From Planctomycetota bacterium (GTDB taxonomy: Bacteria > Planctomycetota > B15-G4 > SIAN01), in assembly GCA_031409275.1 (NCBI GenBank), contig JANNXA010000014.1:32001-96000 (forward strand): a stretch of DNA of 64,000 nucleotides, given 5' to 3'. The notes under the pieces were generated by a model that saw only the letters and a program-made list of their open reading frames with translations, did not search any database and had not been told where the DNA came from. Shown piece after piece: positions 60,220 to 64,000 of this stretch. Each line of letters starts with the position of its first letter. Position 1 is the first letter of the stretch. Position numbers and translations under genes: made by a program.

Positions 60220-60583
60220 GATCGTCGCCCCTCCCAAAGGAGCGCGGCGGGACGCAGCTGGCGCGTTCTCGGTGCGAACGAGCGCCAGGGGTCTGCACGC
60301 CGCAGATTCCGCCAACGGCGACGCATCCTATCGCTCCAGACCGGCGGCCCTAGCCCGCTTTCTTGACGATCCCCGTGGCGAGACGACAGGAACTCGGCTT
60401 CGGACGAGAAACGGGGCTCGTCTTCGACGACGCCGATTCGCCCACTCGCCGGGAAAGAACCGCGTTCCCGACCACGCGGATTTCGAGGGACGGGGCGCAG
60501 CGATTTCACCCTCACGGCAGCCGACGCCACCACGCGGCGCTTCAAGCCGCCGGGTCGCCCGCGACGACAACGGGAAGGCGCGC

Positions 60584-61480
60584 ATGCCAATCCCCCCTCC
60601 ATCCATCCCATCACCGCCAGCCGGCCGCCTCCATCGCCATGAGTCCGGCGCGGCGCTGAAACGGCAGCGCGCCGCGCTCGAGAGCCGTTACGCCAACCTG
60701 GTGACGGCGCGTCCGCGCCCCGCGCCCACGCTCCACGGCGAGACGCTGCGTGCGCTCGTCGACGCGCTCGACCTGCGCGAACAGGAGACGGCCGGCCACT
60801 CGCACCGGGTCGCGCTCTGGACACTGCTCTTCGCCGCATGGTGCGACGTCGCCGAGAGCGAACTCGAAGCGATCCACGCGGGCGCCCTGCTTCACGACGT
60901 CGGCAAGATCGCCATCCCCGATCCGATCCTGCTCAAGCGCGGTCGCCTCGATGCCCGCGAATGGGTCGTGATGCGGACGCATCCGAGCGCCGGCCATCGC
61001 CTCCTCGCGCGCACGACCAGCTTGCGCAGCGCCGCAGCGATCCCGTGGTGCCATCACGAACGATTCGACGGCAGCGGCTATCCGCGCGGACTCTCGGGAA
61101 AGCGCATTCCGCTATGCGCCCGTCTCTTCGCCATCGTCGATGTCTACGACGCGCTGCGCAGCGATCGACCCTACAAGGTCGCCTACACGCACGAGCACAG
61201 CATCGAGCTGATGCGCGCGCAGTCGGGCCGCCACTTCGATCCGCAGCTGTGCGCGCGCTTCTTCGACCTGCCGCAAGCCGCGCTCGAGCGACTCACCCCG
61301 TCCGCACGGAAGGCGCGTCCCTATGCCGAACTGCGCGAGATCGTCGCGCAGACGCTGGCGTGGATCGCCGCGCGTCCTCAGGGGGGCGGACCGAAGGCGC
61401 CCGATGCGTCGTCCGCGCCCGCATTGCGAGTGAGGTTGATGCCACGCACGCGCACGAGGCTTCCGCGCTCCGGTTCGTAG
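60584..61480 (+). CDS. HD-GYP domain phosphodiesterase (stand-alone)
   Basis: GHSHRV, LLHDVGK, HHERFDGSGYPRGL, DVYDAL.SDRPYK; start uncertain. Confidence 0.88.
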   Translation: MPIPPPSIPSPPAGRLHRHESGAALKRQRAALESRYANLVTARPRPAPTLHGETLRALVDALDLREQETAGHSHRVALWTLLFAAWCDVAESELEAIHAGALLHDVGKIAIPDPILLKRGRLDAREWVVMRTHPSAGHRLLARTTSLRSAAAIPWCHHERFDGSGYPRGLSGKRIPLCARLFAIVDVYDALRSDRPYKVAYTHEHSIELMRAQSGRHFDPQLCARFFDLPQAALERLTPSARKARPYAELREIVAQTLAWIAARPQGGGPKAPDASSAPALRVRLMPRTRTRLPRSGS

Positions 61481-61731
61481 CACCACAGCTCGATCACCTC
61501 GTGGCGCTGACGCGAGAACGCGTAGGGCCGCGGGTGGCGGACGATCCCGAAACCGATGCGTTCCGGCGCGCCTGCCAGATCGAGCAGGTGGCAGCGCGTG
61601 CGCTGATCGGGCCGCAGCGACGTCCCGGCGAGAAGCTTCGGAGTAGCGAACAGGCGGTCGAGCGCGCGCTCCGCCGCGCGCCGCTTGCGGACTCGCTCGC
61701 GCCACGCACGCCAGCGCGTACGCCAGCCCAT
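61378..61731 (-). CDS. Hypothetical protein
   Basis: ATG overlaps the GT2 stop; MGWRTRW...GFGIVRHPRPYAFS...IELWCY looks coding; converges onto the HD-GYP 3' end. Confidence 0.55.
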   Translation of the reverse strand: MGWRTRWRAWRERVRKRRAAERALDRLFATPKLLAGTSLRPDQRTRCHLLDLAGAPERIGFGIVRHPRPYAFSRQRHEVIELWCYEPERGSLVRVRGINLTRNAGADDASGAFGPPP

Positions 61732-62690
61732 CAGGCGGCAAACCAGTCGGTGGCAGGCGCGAACGCGCCGTCCTGCGCAACCACCCGCTGACGTGCCGGT
61801 GCGGTGCCGAAGAGGAAGAGGCGCAACGCCCGCTCCCTTCGTTGCGGCAACGTCGCGCCCGGACGCCACTCCCGCGCGACGACATCGCCGTGGCGCTCCG
61901 CCGCCAGCGCCGACTGCCACGCCGAAAGCGTCGCCCCCACGCCGAGCAGGTCGATCGGCCGCTCCGCACCCGGCCCGCGCACGAAGTAGTGAGCCTTGCA
62001 GGCGCGCAACGCCGCGGGGCGATGGATCGCGCTCGTGCGCGTCGATTGGTGTGCGTGCTGGCGCCAGCAGTACAGCCGCTCGCGACAGCGCCCCGCGACG
62101 AAGCCGCGCTCGTGCCATCGCATCCAGAAATCGATGTCGAGCGGCCAGCGCGGATCGCTGACGTAGCCGCCCACCGACGCGAGCGCGGAGCGGCGATAAA
62201 GGCCGGTTTGGTGCAGCGCCGGGATCTCGAGGAAGCGCGCCGCCGCCATGGCCTGCGACGTGCAAAGCCCGTTCTGCCACGCGACGTACCTGCGCATGCC
62301 CGGCGCGTCGAATCCGAAGACGACCGCGTCGCTGACGACGCCGTCCCACTTCGGCTCGGCAGCGAGCGCGGCGGCAAGACGCGCGAGTCGCTGCGGTGGG
62401 CAACGATCGTCCGCCTCCATCTGCGCCAGGAGCGGGTGGCTCGCCTCGCCGAGCGCTCGATCGAGCGCCTGCGCGGCGCCGCCGCCGGCGGTCGCGATGA
62501 CGCGCAATCGCGGCTCGTGACGCGCGCGCTCGAGGAGCCATTGCGCCGAGCCGTCCCTCGATCCGTCGTCGACGGCGACGATCTCGAGATCCACCTCACG
62601 CTGCGCGAGCAGATCGGCCACCGCGGCCGCGAGGTAGGGCCCGCCATCGCGAACCGGCAGGAGGACGGAGATCGCAGGCCGTGACGTCAC
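61731..62690 (-). CDS. Glycosyltransferase family 2
   Basis: ISVLLPVRDG, VAVDDGSRDGS, MEADD, WRQH. Confidence 0.88.
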   Translation of the reverse strand: MTSRPAISVLLPVRDGGPYLAAAVADLLAQREVDLEIVAVDDGSRDGSAQWLLERARHEPRLRVIATAGGGAAQALDRALGEASHPLLAQMEADDRCPPQRLARLAAALAAEPKWDGVVSDAVVFGFDAPGMRRYVAWQNGLCTSQAMAAARFLEIPALHQTGLYRRSALASVGGYVSDPRWPLDIDFWMRWHERGFVAGRCRERLYCWRQHAHQSTRTSAIHRPAALRACKAHYFVRGPGAERPIDLLGVGATLSAWQSALAAERHGDVVAREWRPGATLPQRRERALRLFLFGTAPARQRVVAQDGAFAPATDWFAA

Positions 62691-62772
62691 TCCCGGGCGC
62701 TCCGTTCGAGCAGTACCATGCCGCCGCTTCCTCTCCGATTCATCGCGTCGCGTGCTCCCGCGCAGGAACATC

Positions 62773-63294
62773 ATGGCTCGAAACGTCGTCATCCTCGCCG
62801 CAGCGAGCGGGCCCGTCGCCTACGTCGCGAAGCTCGCCGGGGCCAACGGGGAGGAGGTCGGCGCGGTGCTCACTTCCATCGACTTGCGCCGGGAGAAGGT
62901 CTCCGGCGGACGCATCGAGGAGGAGCGCGCCTACGCGGGCCAGCTCGCCAGCACGCTCGACGAGCCGGTCTTCATCGGTTCCGCGATCGCGCAGCTCGCC
63001 GGCCATTGCGAAACGGTGATCGTCGACTCGCTCGAGCGCTGGATCGAGCGGGTGGTGCAGCGCTTTCCCGACGATCCGATCGAGCGTGATGCCGAGGTGC
63101 TGTCGCTGCTGTCGGTGATGCAAGCGCGCATGGCTGACCTGCTGCTGGTGGCGCGACCCGCCTCCCCCCTCGAGCCGATCGCCCGCGATCTCCTCACGAA
63201 AGCGCTGGCGGGCTGCGCAAAGCACGCCGATAGCGTCGTCGACTTGAGCGGCCCGGCGCCGCGCGCCGTGCAGGGCCCTCTGCCCGACGCCTGA
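62773..63294 (+). CDS. CobU/CobP-like protein with degenerate catalytic motifs
   Basis: RIEEER...TLDEP...VIVDSLERWI...RDLL...LA..ADSV...SG aligns by eye with the CobU fold; P-loop and His absent. Confidence 0.6.
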   Translation: MARNVVILAAASGPVAYVAKLAGANGEEVGAVLTSIDLRREKVSGGRIEEERAYAGQLASTLDEPVFIGSAIAQLAGHCETVIVDSLERWIERVVQRFPDDPIERDAEVLSLLSVMQARMADLLLVARPASPLEPIARDLLTKALAGCAKHADSVVDLSGPAPRAVQGPLPDA

Positions 63295-63455
63295 TCGCGA
63301 AGAGGTCACCGTCGACGACGGCCGCCGTCATCCGCGCATGGCGTTCATCGCGCTGACCCACTTGCTGCTCGCGCTCTTCTGCTGGAAACGCGAGCGGTCC
63401 CGTCGACACCGCATGGCGGCGCGCGACGGGACCGCGTCTGCATCGAGCGAGTCGT

Positions 63456-64000
63456 TCAGTTCGACGGGAGGCGCAACACCGTCCCGACCTTCAGCCGATC
63501 CTTGTCGGTGATGCGGTCGGAGTTGGCGTCGAAGACGAGCTTCCACGCCGACTTGGTGCCGTAATTGGCCAGCGCGATGCTCATCAGCGTGTCGCCCTTC
63601 GCGACCGTGTGCTCGCTCGAAGAGGTGACGCGCTTGGGAGTCGCCGGCGCCGTTGCCGCCGTCTTCTCTTTCGCGGACGGCGTCAGTTCGAGCGCCTTGA
63701 CGGGCACCAGCGGTTCGCTGCCGGAAACGGCGAGCTTGGCCCCCTCCGTCGCGGCCGATTCGATCGTGGAGACCAGGTCCGTCCCCTGCGTCGGCGCCTT
63801 CGGCAGCTTGAGCCGCATGCCGACGCGGAGCTTGTTCTTGTCGGTCAGCGCCGGATTGGCATCGAGGATCGTCTGCCACAGCGCGCCGTCACCGTAAAGC
63901 GACCGCGCCACGCGCTCGAGCGAGTCGCCGCTGCGCACTTCGTACTGGTACTCACGCACCTTGATCGGCGGCTCGAGATCGGCGGTCGCGCCGCCCTTGA
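63456..64000 (-). CDS. Tandem LysM peptidoglycan-binding protein (5' end beyond window)
   Basis: YEVRSGDSLERVARSLYG...LRVGMRLKLP and HTVAKGDTLMSIALANYG...LKVGTVLRLP; frame open to the window end. Confidence 0.9.
   Translation of the reverse strand, partial: KGGATADLEPPIKVREYQYEVRSGDSLERVARSLYGDGALWQTILDANPALTDKNKLRVGMRLKLPKAPTQGTDLVSTIESAATEGAKLAVSGSEPLVPVKALELTPSAKEKTAATAPATPKRVTSSSEHTVAKGDTLMSIALANYGTKSAWKLVFDANSDRITDKDRLKVGTVLRLPSN

Noticed and set aside
60440..60560. c-di-GMP-I riboswitch upstream of HD-GYP
   Set aside because: Only ACGGCAGCCG resembles the 3' motif; the GGCAAAC...GAAA...CGCAAAGC core is absent
63338..63511. Small plus-strand ORF MAFIALTHLLLALFCWKR...
   Set aside because: No RBS; it runs through a terminator-like hairpin and into the LysM gene on the opposite strand

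Overview
A GC-rich (roughly 70% by eye) bacterial chromosomal segment, most likely from a planctomycete. That assignment is inferred from the L28 N-terminus and the DUF3352-like and DUF2950-like proteins. It holds about 57 CDSs, tRNA-Leu(GAG) and a probable 6S RNA. I saw no integrase, transposase, phage gene or CRISPR-cas. Main blocks: (1) an envelope/LPS locus: lptG/lptF divergent from a tandem LPS kinase, an MsbA-like ABC transporter, a GT4, an SxtJ-like protein, a carbamoyltransferase and an SGNH-SxtK(DUF5989) fusion; (2) a CecR-like TetR regulator with a tripartite ABC efflux operon; (3) housekeeping runs (aminotransferase-ctpA-tsaD-larB-carA; tpiA-secG-pyrE-yicC-gmk; ftsK...pgsA-pgpA...mazG-priA). 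Most notable: a motor-less FtsK paralog (membrane domain, long acidic tract, gamma domain) translationally coupled to full-length ftsK; an intergenic GCAGCTGA hairpin array that folds as two integron attC-like sites with eroded R boxes; DUF3352-like scaffolds carrying pilin-like or secretin-N0-like tails; and several intact genes for apparently catalytically dead enzymes (CobU-, Nudix-, PP2C- and SprT-like). All calls come from manual motif recognition; no database searches were run.
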